From: Chloroflexota bacterium
GTDB taxonomy: Bacteria; Chloroflexota; Anaerolineae; Anaerolineales; UBA11579
DNA length: 64,000 nucleotides
Direction: 5' to 3'
NCBI GenBank assembly: GCA_018662365.1
Contig: JABJGH010000030.1
Coordinates: 2,270-66,269, forward strand
Part shown: positions 20,969-31,020 of the stretch, one piece after another
How the letters are laid out: every line of letters begins with the position of its first letter
Numbering within the stretch: position 1 is the stretch's first letter
Program-made: the position numbers and the translations under genes
Notes under the pieces: model-generated
Databases searched by the model: none
What the model saw: the letters and a program-made list of their open reading frames with translations, nothing else
Told to the model about the DNA's origin: nothing

Positions 20969-22198
20969 TCAAATTGTATTTACAATAACCTTCTCAGATG
21001 CTTTATCTTTGGTAAATAGCCAGAGGTAACCGATGGTTGCTAATGTCCCCAGAATTCCAGCAAGATACCAAACCCAGTTAGGATCATAGTTATCCATGAT
21101 CAAACCCATCAGATAAGGCACAAACATATTTGGGATTGCATAACTAAACCCAAAAACCGCCAGATAACGCCCGCGCATATCTTCGGACGCATACTTAGCT
21201 GCCAAAGTTTGTCCGACAGGAGCAATAATCATTTCTCCCACAGTGATGATGATCATCACAACGATAAATAGAAATAATCCGGAAATAAAACCAAAAGCAG
21301 CGAAACCAATCGTATATAAAAACGCACCTAAAGCAGCCATCACCAATTGCGGATATTTACTTAACTTTCGGGTTAACCATAGCTGGAATATGACTACGAT
21401 TGCCGCATTCATGCTGAGTAACCCACCATAAACTTTAGGATCAAAATTATGGCTGTCCCGCATAAACACTGGGAGGGTGGAATTCATTTGCATATACACG
21501 CTGGATAATAATATCGAAACCAATATAAAAAGCATAAAGGCAGAGTTTTTAAACACCTTTGAATAACCTCCGACACTTTCAGCCATCGTCTCTTCTGGTG
21601 CATCCTCGGCCCTTTCAGGTTTGGTTTCTGGTAAATAAATCAATACAATCACTGCAGTAATCGCACTTAGGACAGCATCCCCAATAAATAATAGGTCGAA
21701 GGATCGAACAGCCATTATTCCACCAATCACAGGACCGATGGTCGCCGAAATATTAAAGGCAACCCTAAAAATACTATACCCCTCTGCATGTTGTTCTTCG
21801 GGGAGTAGATCTGCAATCATTGCCTGTCTAGCGGGGCCTCCAATATTTCCTAAAAGACCTACTAATGCGCCAACTCCATAAAAAAGATTGAGGTCATCTA
21901 CCAAAATAATGGAAATGCTTGTCAGGCCACTGATAAAAATTCCAAAGAGGACCATAGATTTTCGGCCGACCTTGTCCGCCAATGCACCACCTAAGACGCT
22001 ACCGAAAATGCCTGTAATTGTGAACACGGCAAAAAGTAAGCCAACTTCTGTCATCCCTACGCCAAAATGTTCTGTCATGTAGAGGGCAAAGAACGGGAAA
22101 ACCATAAATTGACCTGTTTGGTCGATAACCGTGGCACCGATCAATACCCAAAAAGGTTTTGGGAATTCTTCAAAGGTTTTTTTCATGTTGTTGATCAT
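20969..22198 (-). CDS. MFS transporter (MdtH/YitG-like)
   Basis: GG-x-LADKVGRK motif A, PA-x-x-AMIADL and RGRY motifs; about 12 TM. Confidence 0.88.
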   Translation of the reverse strand: MINNMKKTFEEFPKPFWVLIGATVIDQTGQFMVFPFFALYMTEHFGVGMTEVGLLFAVFTITGIFGSVLGGALADKVGRKSMVLFGIFISGLTSISIILVDDLNLFYGVGALVGLLGNIGGPARQAMIADLLPEEQHAEGYSIFRVAFNISATIGPVIGGIMAVRSFDLLFIGDAVLSAITAVIVLIYLPETKPERAEDAPEETMAESVGGYSKVFKNSAFMLFILVSILLSSVYMQMNSTLPVFMRDSHNFDPKVYGGLLSMNAAIVVIFQLWLTRKLSKYPQLVMAALGAFLYTIGFAAFGFISGLFLFIVVMIIITVGEMIIAPVGQTLAAKYASEDMRGRYLAVFGFSYAIPNMFVPYLMGLIMDNYDPNWVWYLAGILGTLATIGYLWLFTKDKASEKVIVNTI

Positions 22199-22279
22199 AA
22201 GTTATACCTGGCAATTCTTTTATTGAATTTCTTAACTTTAAGTAAATAATATTAATTTTCCCGACTGAATATATCAAAA

Positions 22280-22310
22280 ATTATACACTCAATATTGATT
22301 TTGTCAATAT
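22280..22310 (-). promoter_or_regulatory. Consensus sigma70 promoter with overlapping inverted repeat
   Basis: Minus strand TTGACA-N16-TATAAT; ATATTGA-N5-TCAATAT palindrome at 22292-22310 overlaps the -35. Confidence 0.65.
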
Positions 22311-22462
22311 ACTATTTGAATTACTTAAGCAACGTTTTGAAAATATTTAGAAATATTCGATTAAACTGATAAATAATTGAAAACAATTTTAACTATTGAT
22401 CATTTGCCCAATTAATAGCAAAAATCTTCATTTCCCCAAAAAAACTTATTCCATTATGCAGT

Positions 22463-23041
22463 TTAATTAGAAAAATAACTCAACGCGATTCGGATTCTTT
22501 CTTCTACAATTTCTGGGCTATCTTTTGGAATAAATTGAATCGCTGCTTGTGATTCAACGATGCTATATCCCAAAGAGGTCAGGGCTGCTAAAACCTCAGT
22601 ATCTGCATCATCCATTCCCCCCATTGGCTCTAAACCATCTACATTTTTGATCTTGTCGTGCAAATGAAGCACAATTCTTTGCGCCATTTTTTTCCCAATT
22701 CCAGGCACTTGGCTAAGCACATCCGCTTGTTCATTAAAAACGGCTCGGCGGATCGCGTTAGGATTTAGCGTTGAAAGAGTGGCAAGACCTAAACGCGGAC
22801 CAATTCCGCTCACACCGATCATCATATTGAAATATTCTCGATCTTCTTTGGTGGCAAAGCCATATAGCGATAATTCGGTTTCTCGGACGACTAAATGCGT
22901 GAATAGACTAACCATGTCACCGGCAACAGATTCGCCGATCAATGTGACCGGAGCAAAAACTTGAATGCCAATCCCGCCAATCTCAACAATCAAGTTATCT
23001 TCTTCAATATCCGCAATTCGTCCTGTCAAACTTGAGATCAT
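22463..23041 (-). CDS. ruvA: Holliday junction branch migration protein RuvA
   Basis: VRE...LYGF, VSGIGP, VPGIGKK-x-A-x-RI and AL-x-SLGY motifs. Confidence 0.96.
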   Translation of the reverse strand: MISSLTGRIADIEEDNLIVEIGGIGIQVFAPVTLIGESVAGDMVSLFTHLVVRETELSLYGFATKEDREYFNMMIGVSGIGPRLGLATLSTLNPNAIRRAVFNEQADVLSQVPGIGKKMAQRIVLHLHDKIKNVDGLEPMGGMDDADTEVLAALTSLGYSIVESQAAIQFIPKDSPEIVEERIRIALSYFSN

Positions 23042-23061
23042 TTACAACTCCACCTTTTAGT

Positions 23062-24324
23062 TTAGATCATTGAAATAGCAAAAATACTGGCAAGCAATAC
23101 CAAAACTGCACCAGGAATAATTGCCTTTTTTAAATTTTGAGAACCACTGATCAATACGATTGAGGCTTTTACTAGCGTATTTGCCAAGGTAGCAAAGATC
23201 AGCCCTTGACCGGCAAGTGTCAGATCTATTCCGCCAGTACTGCTGAGCTGTGCCAGGGACAGTGTGATCGCGGTCATATTTACCGATCCTGAAAGCACAC
23301 TTGATATTAAAACACCGGTATCTCCCCAATAAAATTGAGCAGCATTAGAGATGAGCAATACGATTGCATATACCAAACCAAATTTCAATGCGGTAGACAA
23401 ACTAAAGGGGTTGCCAAATTTCACATCCGCAAAATCTTCAGTTCGGTCTGAGAAGTATAAGTAAGCACTATATAAAACCCCGACTCCGGCTATGACCAAA
23501 ATTGGCAACCAAACAAGTTTTAGCAATTCCAGGTTTAGGACGCCGACCTCAACTAAGACACGGGCAAACATTACCATCCATGCCAACATGACAGCTTGGC
23601 CGATGCGTTTAGACTGTTGCGGGTTTTGGTTACTTCTTCCTGCAAAGCTCATTGTCACAGCTGTACTAGAAACGATACCGCCCAATAGGCCAGTGAGCCC
23701 AATCCCTCGGCTTGATCCCACGGCTTTTATCAGGACATATCCCAAAAAACTGATCGCAGAAATAAAGACAACCATTAACCAAATACTGAATGGGTTTAAT
23801 ATGTCAAATGGAGGAGGCAAAAAACTTTGGTTAGGCAAAATAGGCAAGACAATCACACTGATCACAGCCAATTGCAAAGCTGCGGCGATGTCTGCATTGG
23901 TGATCGCTTCAACAAATCGATCTGTCTGGATCTTAAGAGATAGCATCACTGTTGTGGCAATACCAATTGCCGCGGCCAATGTGAGGTAATTTAGGTAAGA
24001 AAGGGCACCAATCATAGTGGCGATTACGATTGCAATTTCAGTTGTAATCCCTGATCGTTCACTTTGTGAAACTTTTGCAAAATGTCCGGCAGTGATCAGC
24101 ATGCCAATGACGATCATGACACTCACTAAAATCCATGGTGAACCCATTTGGTCTGCTAACATTGTTGCTAAAAATCCGCCTAAAGCGATTAGAGAAAAGG
24201 TTCTTTCACCAGCGATAATATTACGACCTTCCCCGCCATAGGCATGCTCACGCTGCAATCCGATTAAAAATCCAATCGCCATTGATACACCCAAACGAAT
24301 AAATAGATCAAATTGTTCTGTCAT
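23062..24324 (-). CDS. MgtC/SapB-family membrane protein with DUF4010-type domain
   Basis: G-x-LIGLQRE, AG-x-RTF, GITTE, LPILP, W-x-MVV-x-IS, GG-x-VSSTA and NPF-x-L motifs. Confidence 0.85.
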   Translation of the reverse strand: MTEQFDLFIRLGVSMAIGFLIGLQREHAYGGEGRNIIAGERTFSLIALGGFLATMLADQMGSPWILVSVMIVIGMLITAGHFAKVSQSERSGITTEIAIVIATMIGALSYLNYLTLAAAIGIATTVMLSLKIQTDRFVEAITNADIAAALQLAVISVIVLPILPNQSFLPPPFDILNPFSIWLMVVFISAISFLGYVLIKAVGSSRGIGLTGLLGGIVSSTAVTMSFAGRSNQNPQQSKRIGQAVMLAWMVMFARVLVEVGVLNLELLKLVWLPILVIAGVGVLYSAYLYFSDRTEDFADVKFGNPFSLSTALKFGLVYAIVLLISNAAQFYWGDTGVLISSVLSGSVNMTAITLSLAQLSSTGGIDLTLAGQGLIFATLANTLVKASIVLISGSQNLKKAIIPGAVLVLLASIFAISMI

Positions 24325-24825
24325 TTAGACCTCTTCTTCATAGATCGTCTGATAGCGGACGCTATGAATATGGCAAATCGCAACTGCTAATCCATCTGCA
24401 GCATCATCAGGTCTTGGAATGTCATCTAAGCCTAATAGCATCTTCACCATTTCCTGAACCTGTTTTTTATCTGCAGCCCCATATCCGACCACCGCTTGTT
24501 TGATCTCGACTGGGGCGTATTCTGCGATGGGAATTTCGGCTTGAGCCAGGGAGAGCAATACAACTCCTCGACCTTGGCCAACTGAGATCCCAGTTTTTAC
24601 ATTTTTTGCGAAAAATAACTTCTCCACCGCACTAGAATCAGGGCGATGGAGCTTGATAACTTCGTTTAATTCTTTATAGATCCTTACCAAACGATCTGGC
24701 ATTGCCATTTTAGAAGAAGTGGTAATCGCGCCATGGGCAACTGCCAACAGGCTTCCGTCTTGAGCTTCTCTTACCAGCCCATAACCGGTGATCGCTGTAC
24801 CGGGGTCAATCCCTAGAACGAGCAT
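24325..24825 (-). CDS. ruvC: Crossover junction endodeoxyribonuclease RuvC
   Basis: LGIDPG, VE-x-x-FF, G-x-A-x-K-x-QV and DDAAD-x-LA-x-AICH motifs. Confidence 0.97.
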   Translation of the reverse strand: MLVLGIDPGTAITGYGLVREAQDGSLLAVAHGAITTSSKMAMPDRLVRIYKELNEVIKLHRPDSSAVEKLFFAKNVKTGISVGQGRGVVLLSLAQAEIPIAEYAPVEIKQAVVGYGAADKKQVQEMVKMLLGLDDIPRPDDAADGLAVAICHIHSVRYQTIYEEEV

Positions 24826-24828
24826 AGA

Positions 24829-25581
24829 TCAGATGGCAAACTTTTCTAATGCTTCGTCGGTAATCGCTAAGTTTGAATCCACTCTTTGAACATCATCAAG
24901 ATCTTCTAATTCTTCGATCACCTTTAATACTATTACAGTTTGATCTACTGGCAGCTCCATTTCTTGATTTGGGATCATTCGCAATGCTGCCTCTTCTGTT
25001 TTTATACTAGCAGCTCGCAGTTGGTCGCCTATCAATTTAAATGCGTTGGCTTCCCCAAAGATCTCGATTTCTTCACTATCAAATACGACATCATCTGCAC
25101 CGGCATCCACGGCTAGCTCAAATATCTCGTCGGGATCATGATCCCCCGTTGGAAATGCAAAATAAGATTTCATGGTGAATTGCCATGCCACGGAACCATT
25201 TTCACCCAGGCTGCCGCCATATTTGGTTAAGCCATGACGCAACGCACCCACCGTTCGGTTGCGATTATCAGTGACGGTTTCAATCACCAATGCAATTCCG
25301 TGGGGGGCATAGCCCTCATACACAATCTTTTCTAGTACTGCGCCGTCTTTGTCTTCACCGGTTCCCCGTTTAATTGCTCTCTCAATATTGTCTTTGGGCA
25401 TGTTGGCGCCACGAGCTTTTTCGATAGCAAGTCTTAATGTAAAGTTGACATCCGGATCCCCGCCGCCCTCGCGGGCTGCCATGGTGATGCCTCTTGATAA
25501 TTGTGTGAAGATCTTGCCACGTTTTGCATCCGCGGCACCTTTTTTATGTTTTATAGTCGACCATTTACTATGTCCAGACAT
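24829..25581 (-). CDS. yebC: YebC/PmpR family protein
   Basis: MSGHSKWSTIKHKKG, NMPKDNIERAI, YEGY and TDNRNRT motifs. Confidence 0.96.
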   Translation of the reverse strand: MSGHSKWSTIKHKKGAADAKRGKIFTQLSRGITMAAREGGGDPDVNFTLRLAIEKARGANMPKDNIERAIKRGTGEDKDGAVLEKIVYEGYAPHGIALVIETVTDNRNRTVGALRHGLTKYGGSLGENGSVAWQFTMKSYFAFPTGDHDPDEIFELAVDAGADDVVFDSEEIEIFGEANAFKLIGDQLRAASIKTEEAALRMIPNQEMELPVDQTVIVLKVIEELEDLDDVQRVDSNLAITDEALEKFAI

Positions 25582-25869
25582 TCAAAAACTCCTTAAACAC
25601 TTCCCGAATATTGAGAAAAGAGGTTTAAAAATTATACCATTTTCGGCCTATACCTCACAAATAATTATCCTCATATTGCCCTTTTTAATACCATTAGGGA
25701 ACTAATTACAATATAAATTCCTTGAAAAACCAAGGCTAATTGACCAAATGGAATATTTTGTGTTTTTTTGTCTCGGATGGTAGCATAATGCCTTCAAGGA
25801 AAATATTTAGATTAAGCTTGCTATAATACAGTTAAGACGTTTTAAATGATACTCTTGGAGAGTGAATTG

Positions 25870-27063
25870 ATGAAAAAATCCCGACAATTTTTCTTACTAA
25901 TACTTTTACTAATCGTTGTTTCAGCTTGCGGCTCTCCTAGCGGGAGCAATGAGAACAATCAAGCAAACATTCCTGCCAATGAATCAGGTGCAATCGTTGA
26001 AGACGAAACTCCAACTGAGGAACCTGTGCCCACAGCAGTGGATACACCCATCCCAACTGCTGAACCAGTAAGTCCTCCAATCATCATTTACCCACCTCCC
26101 TCACCCGGGACTGTAGCCTATGATTTCGTGGAACAAATATGTTCTGCCCAGTGGAGCAGCAGTATTAGTTTTTTCACTTGCCCTGGAGTGTCTGGCGCAG
26201 AAAACAGCATCAGCCGAGTGGATAATCCTGAATTAGCAAATGGCTTAACTGTCAATTTGCCAGCTTTACTTACTGTTCCAATGGAAAACAACGGTGTATT
26301 TGGACGTTACCCTGCTTTCACCGTCTCACCCGGAGATGAGATTCGAGCGTTGTTGGCATGCAAAGAACCCAGCCAAGAATGTACTGTGGAATTCTCCATT
26401 GAATATTATAAGAATGGTGAATTTTTCGGATACCCAAACGCGATTTTTCAACAACCAATACCCATTGGTCCCGACGGTTACCATGAACTAGTTGTTCCCT
26501 TGAATGGGCTGGTTGGGGAATCTGTTGAGTTTTTACTGTCATTGCGAGAACAGGGCGGCAATAAAAATCAGCAGGGTCTATGGATCTCTCCCTATATCTA
26601 CCGTGACCCAAATGCGGTTGTGATTGCGCCAGTGGCAACAAACCCACCTGATCAAAATAATCCTTCGCCAACCGCGACCCCCGAAGAAGAAAAAGACACC
26701 ACCCCTGGTGTTGTTTCTGGATGGGTTGATTTCACTTCCTCCCCAGGAAATGTGACTAATGGACAAGCTGTAACCGTGATGTTCTTCAATCAGGAGGATT
26801 TCACTTGGTGGTGGGTTGGAACAGCATTTGGAAATTCAAATTTCCAAATGACCATGCCACCTGGCCCCTATGTAGTGACCGCATATACTTCGGTTAGTGG
26901 TGGCTCTATCTCAGTGGGTTATACCGGCGGTGGACAAACTTGTGGATCAGGACTTGCCTTGGTTAATTTGGAACCCAATGGACGAGTGGAAAATCTTGTC
27001 GTTACAGATTGGTGTAACCCAGGGAGCTGGCCTTCAAGACCAGGCGGCGTCCCGCTTCCCTAA
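25870..27063 (+). CDS. Hypothetical lipoprotein with Pro/Thr linkers and two extracellular domains
   Basis: ATG at 25870 after GGAG; basic N-terminus, hydrophobic core, lipobox VSAC; PT-rich spacers; paired cysteines. Confidence 0.7.
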   Translation: MKKSRQFFLLILLLIVVSACGSPSGSNENNQANIPANESGAIVEDETPTEEPVPTAVDTPIPTAEPVSPPIIIYPPPSPGTVAYDFVEQICSAQWSSSISFFTCPGVSGAENSISRVDNPELANGLTVNLPALLTVPMENNGVFGRYPAFTVSPGDEIRALLACKEPSQECTVEFSIEYYKNGEFFGYPNAIFQQPIPIGPDGYHELVVPLNGLVGESVEFLLSLREQGGNKNQQGLWISPYIYRDPNAVVIAPVATNPPDQNNPSPTATPEEEKDTTPGVVSGWVDFTSSPGNVTNGQAVTVMFFNQEDFTWWWVGTAFGNSNFQMTMPPGPYVVTAYTSVSGGSISVGYTGGGQTCGSGLALVNLEPNGRVENLVVTDWCNPGSWPSRPGGVPLP

Positions 27064-27081
27064 TAATTACTAATAAATATT

Positions 27082-27122
27082 AAAAAAACAGGAACGATTA
27101 TAAAATCGTTCCTGTTTTTTTT
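27082..27122. terminator. Bidirectional intrinsic terminator
   Basis: AAAAAAACAGGAACGATT-loop-AATCGTTCCTGTTTTTTT between convergent genes. Confidence 0.88.
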
Positions 27123-27135
27123 ACTCCACATGAAA

Positions 27136-27906
27136 TTACCTGATTTGCCCGGTTACTTCCCCCTCTACTTTGTCAGCCCAGGGCCATAGCTCTGTCCCAG
27201 CAGCAGCTTCGCGAACAGCGGGGTCATCAGAATAATGCCCTCGGCTTTCGGGAGGCAACAAAACAGCAATCCTACGCATGATCTCATGTCCAATTTCATC
27301 TAATTCTTCACGCCGACCTTTTCCGGTTTTTGTGACTTCAAATGGACCAAAGGACTCTCCAATTCGGATCGTAAGTTTAGCTCGCCGAAATCTAGCCAAT
27401 GAGGGGAAGATCTTCGTGGCTCCTTCTATCCCGATGGGCAAGATCTTTGCTTTTGTTCGGTTTGCTAAAAATGCAGCTCCTGGTCTGGCAGGTCGGAGAA
27501 CCTCAGCCCAGTTACCACCCTCGGGAAAAATCGCGATAATGCCCCCCTCATCTATAATTTTTTCGGCCTGCTTTAGAGCAAAAGTTGAACCTGTGCCACG
27601 CTTCAATGGCAAATAGCCCCATAATATGGGAATTATTTTTAAGATTCCGGGGGCGTGAGGAAATTGATCACCACCCACAAAGTCAATCAGCCAAGGGGAA
27701 ACCCGAACCAAAGTCGTTGGGTCGACAAAACTAAAATGATTGGCAACGATGATCAGAGGGCCACTTTCGGGCAAATTTTCTTCCCCCTCAATTGTGAGAT
27801 TCGTCAACAGTTTAAATGCGGGGTATGCCAACCAATTTAAAAACTGACGGATTGGTCTGCGTTTTTGAAAATCTACTGCTTGCGTCTGAGGATCAACCGT
27901 CATCAT
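27136..27906 (-). CDS. Lysophospholipid acyltransferase (PlsC family)
   Basis: NH-x4-D (NHFSFVD) and FPEG motifs. Confidence 0.9.
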   Translation of the reverse strand: MMTVDPQTQAVDFQKRRPIRQFLNWLAYPAFKLLTNLTIEGEENLPESGPLIIVANHFSFVDPTTLVRVSPWLIDFVGGDQFPHAPGILKIIPILWGYLPLKRGTGSTFALKQAEKIIDEGGIIAIFPEGGNWAEVLRPARPGAAFLANRTKAKILPIGIEGATKIFPSLARFRRAKLTIRIGESFGPFEVTKTGKGRREELDEIGHEIMRRIAVLLPPESRGHYSDDPAVREAAAGTELWPWADKVEGEVTGQIR

Positions 27907-29234
27907 TAATCTCCAGAACCAGAGGTGTCTTCTACTATGGATAGTTTTCGCCCTTCTTCTTCATTCACTCGCTGCAATAAGATCAAACCAAGCACAAGGA
28001 AAACCACAATAGATATGATGGCTTGTTTATGGCCGAGAATTTCCGCTTCGGCTAATATCATCCCTTGCATTGCATAAAAGTCGACCAGTTTATCGGCAAG
28101 GTAGCCAAACACAAATGGGCCAATGAAAGAAGAGGTGCGGCCTACCATGCCAAAGAAGCCAAAAAATTCTGCACTTTGGCCGGGAGGAGCAAAAGCCCCG
28201 ATCATCGTTCGGCTAAGGGATTGCACACCGGTTAAGGCAAATCCAGCAACACCACCGATGATGAAGAAACCAGTTAGACCAGAATTAAAATAAATCCCTA
28301 CAACCGCGGCGATCATTAATAATAAGGATTGGATCAAACCACGCTTGAATCCAAAACGTTCACCGATCAGGGCATAAATATAAGCGCCCAAGACGCTGAA
28401 GACTTGCACAATGATCATAAATATAATCAATTGCTGCTGTTCCATACCAAACAAAACAGCACCAAGAATAGCTGCAAAATCCATCGCGGCGAGAATGCCA
28501 TCGTTGTAGATAAGATAAGCAAGCATAAAACGTAAAAATTGCTTGTAATCTTTTACAGATTTGAATGTTTTTTTCAATTTCCTGATTGCTAACCCCAGAT
28601 AGTTCTCCCCAACCTCTAGGCTTTTTGGTACAGCTTTTTCCTTAATCCAAAATACTAAAGGAATAGTAGAGAGGGCATAGAAAATAGCGGTGATTACAAA
28701 TGATAATCGAACGACAAATGTACCTTCAAATGACAAGATCAATCCAAGTACGATCACTAAACAAAGAATTCCGCCTGCTGACCCGATTGCCCACCCCTTG
28801 CCAGATACCGCAGCTATTTCTTTCTGGGTGGCAATCTCTGGTAATAAGGAATTATAAAAAACTTGTCCACCACGATATCCGATCTCAGCCAAGATAAAGA
28901 ATAACATTCCGGTAAACACACTACCTTTTTCAACAAAAAATAATAATGCCGTAAATATAATTGAAAGAGATGTCATTGCCAATAATAATGGTTTCTTTTT
29001 ACCAGAATGGTCTGCGATCGTTCCTAAGATAGGAGAGATTATTCCAGCAACCACCATGGCGATACCAATTGCAATGCCCCATAATCGCGTACCGTCGGAT
29101 CCTCCAACAACCTCCCCTTGAAAATATGCTGAATAAATGGCTAATAAAACAACTGCTGCATAGGCCGAATTCCCAAAATCGTAGAAATACCAAGCCCATT
29201 GCTCCCGGTTACTTTTATGTTTTTCATTTTTCAT
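27906..29234 (-). CDS. MFS transporter, UMF1/Atg22 family
   Basis: W-x-x-YDFGNSAY, SP-x-LG-x-IAD, FYNSLL, YNDG, QSLSR and EFFGF motifs; ATG at 29234 after GGAG. Confidence 0.88.
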   Translation of the reverse strand: MKNEKHKSNREQWAWYFYDFGNSAYAAVVLLAIYSAYFQGEVVGGSDGTRLWGIAIGIAMVVAGIISPILGTIADHSGKKKPLLLAMTSLSIIFTALLFFVEKGSVFTGMLFFILAEIGYRGGQVFYNSLLPEIATQKEIAAVSGKGWAIGSAGGILCLVIVLGLILSFEGTFVVRLSFVITAIFYALSTIPLVFWIKEKAVPKSLEVGENYLGLAIRKLKKTFKSVKDYKQFLRFMLAYLIYNDGILAAMDFAAILGAVLFGMEQQQLIIFMIIVQVFSVLGAYIYALIGERFGFKRGLIQSLLLMIAAVVGIYFNSGLTGFFIIGGVAGFALTGVQSLSRTMIGAFAPPGQSAEFFGFFGMVGRTSSFIGPFVFGYLADKLVDFYAMQGMILAEAEILGHKQAIISIVVFLVLGLILLQRVNEEEGRKLSIVEDTSGSGD

Positions 29235-29330
29235 ATCTTTCTCCAATGCATAGGTTAAATAAAAAATTCTCTCTCAGCAGTTTAAACACTTTATTTTGTT
29301 GAGGATGCGATAAATATAAAATTAAAATTA

Positions 29331-30869
29331 TTAACCAGTTGGTAAAAATGGCATATCAGGACCATCTATTTCTAAAAGTTCGGATAATCCAGCCCGCATG
29401 GCAATCCGATCATCCCATGGGTATTCAGTTTCGATAAAGCACATGGACTGCTCATGGCCTTTTCCTAAAACCAAGACAATATCATTTGGTTGCGCTTCGG
29501 ATAACGCAAAACGAATGGCTTCCCTTCTGTCAGGTATTCTGAAGAAGGATTCCCCTTCGATTCCCCCCCTACTTTTTGCACCCTCCGCCATCTCCTCTAA
29601 AATTCCTAGTAAAGATTCTGTGCGCGGATCTTCCGCAGTTAAGATGGTTAGGTCCGCATGCTCACTTGAAATTTCTGCCATCATACGCCGTTTTTCTTTG
29701 TCCCGTAACCCGGCAGATCCAAACAGGGCGATCACCCTTCCTGCCGTAAGGTCTTGCCCCGTTTTCAAGGCTGCTTCAAGTGCAAATGGAGTGTGGGCAA
29801 AATCTACCAACGCCAAAAACTCTTGCCCCAAGGAAATGCGTTCCATCCTGCCTGGTACACCATGAAGCGCTTTTATCCCTTCCTGCACCTGTTCTGGTTT
29901 AATGCCCAGTCCAATAATTGTGGCACTGATCGCAGCAAGACAATTTGCAACATTATAATTTCCAATGAGGGAGGTCTCGATGGGTATTTCAAACCCGGGG
30001 CCATGTGCAATAAATTTAAGGGATTCGGGATTGTTGATCACATTTGTGGCATAGATATCTGCTTTTGTGTCCAAGCCATAACTAATTCGAGATACTTTCG
30101 ACCTTTTTGTCAAATCGCTATAAGATCGGTCATCAATGTTCAAAACAACTAGAGGCTCTATAGACTGTTTTGATTTGGATGTGGCAAGGCTCTCGAATAA
30201 CTTTGCTTTTGCATCAAAATATCCTTGATAAGAACCATGATAATCAAGATGCTCGTGGGTGATGTTGGTAACCACACCGATGTCAAAAACATCCCCTAAT
30301 ACTCTTTTTGCGGCCAGTCCATGAGAAGTAGTCTCTAATACAGCGTGGGTTAATCCAGCATCGACCATTTGTCGCAAATATTTTTGCAGGTCAAATACCT
30401 CAGGGCTGGTGACATGCAGGCCGGTGTCCATTTCTTCATCCCCAATGATTGCATTTACCGTGGAAATCATTCCCGCCTTAATGCCTGCTTCTTTCAATAT
30501 CTGATAAATAAAATTTACCGTTGTTGTTTTTCCATCTGTCCCGGTGACCCCGATTAATATTATTTGATTGGCGGGGTGATCATAAAATTCGGCTGAAATC
30601 TGTGCCATGGCATCTCTAGCGTCTCCCACCCGGACATAGGGCACTTCTAAACCTTCCATTTCTTTTGTGCCCATCACCGCAGCTGCTCCATTTTCAATAG
30701 CCATAGGAATATAGCCATGACCGTCAATTCGATCGCTAGTGGCAACAAAAAGATCGCCGGGTACTACCTCTCGGGAATCTACTGCAATACCTGTCACTAT
30801 TCCTTCAGGAATAGGATTGAAGGTCGGATAATTTTGAAATAGTTCGGCAAGTGTTTTTTTGGGCATCAA
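29331..30869 (-). CDS. murE: UDP-MurNAc-tripeptide synthetase
   Basis: GVTGTDGKTTT, E-x-TSHGL, TNITHEHLDYH, VPGRME, VDFAHTP and GKGHE motifs. Confidence 0.93.
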   Translation of the reverse strand: MMPKKTLAELFQNYPTFNPIPEGIVTGIAVDSREVVPGDLFVATSDRIDGHGYIPMAIENGAAAVMGTKEMEGLEVPYVRVGDARDAMAQISAEFYDHPANQIILIGVTGTDGKTTTVNFIYQILKEAGIKAGMISTVNAIIGDEEMDTGLHVTSPEVFDLQKYLRQMVDAGLTHAVLETTSHGLAAKRVLGDVFDIGVVTNITHEHLDYHGSYQGYFDAKAKLFESLATSKSKQSIEPLVVLNIDDRSYSDLTKRSKVSRISYGLDTKADIYATNVINNPESLKFIAHGPGFEIPIETSLIGNYNVANCLAAISATIIGLGIKPEQVQEGIKALHGVPGRMERISLGQEFLALVDFAHTPFALEAALKTGQDLTAGRVIALFGSAGLRDKEKRRMMAEISSEHADLTILTAEDPRTESLLGILEEMAEGAKSRGGIEGESFFRIPDRREAIRFALSEAQPNDIVLVLGKGHEQSMCFIETEYPWDDRIAMRAGLSELLEIDGPDMPFLPTG

Positions 30870-30964
30870 AATGTTTCTTTATTAAAAATATTTTGCTATT
30901 TTCTTGTTTGGGTTCAAGCTAAAAAACATTGAAACGAGGAACTTGCATATTTTATCAGATATAT

Positions 30965-30998
30965 AAAAAAAGACGCCCAAGGATAGCCCGGGGCGTCT
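30965..30998 (-). terminator. Intrinsic terminator after atpF
   Basis: AGACGCCC...GGGCGTCT stem followed on the minus strand by a T7 run. Confidence 0.75.
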
Positions 30999-31020
30999 GT
31001 CTTGTTTTTCTAAAGAGGCC

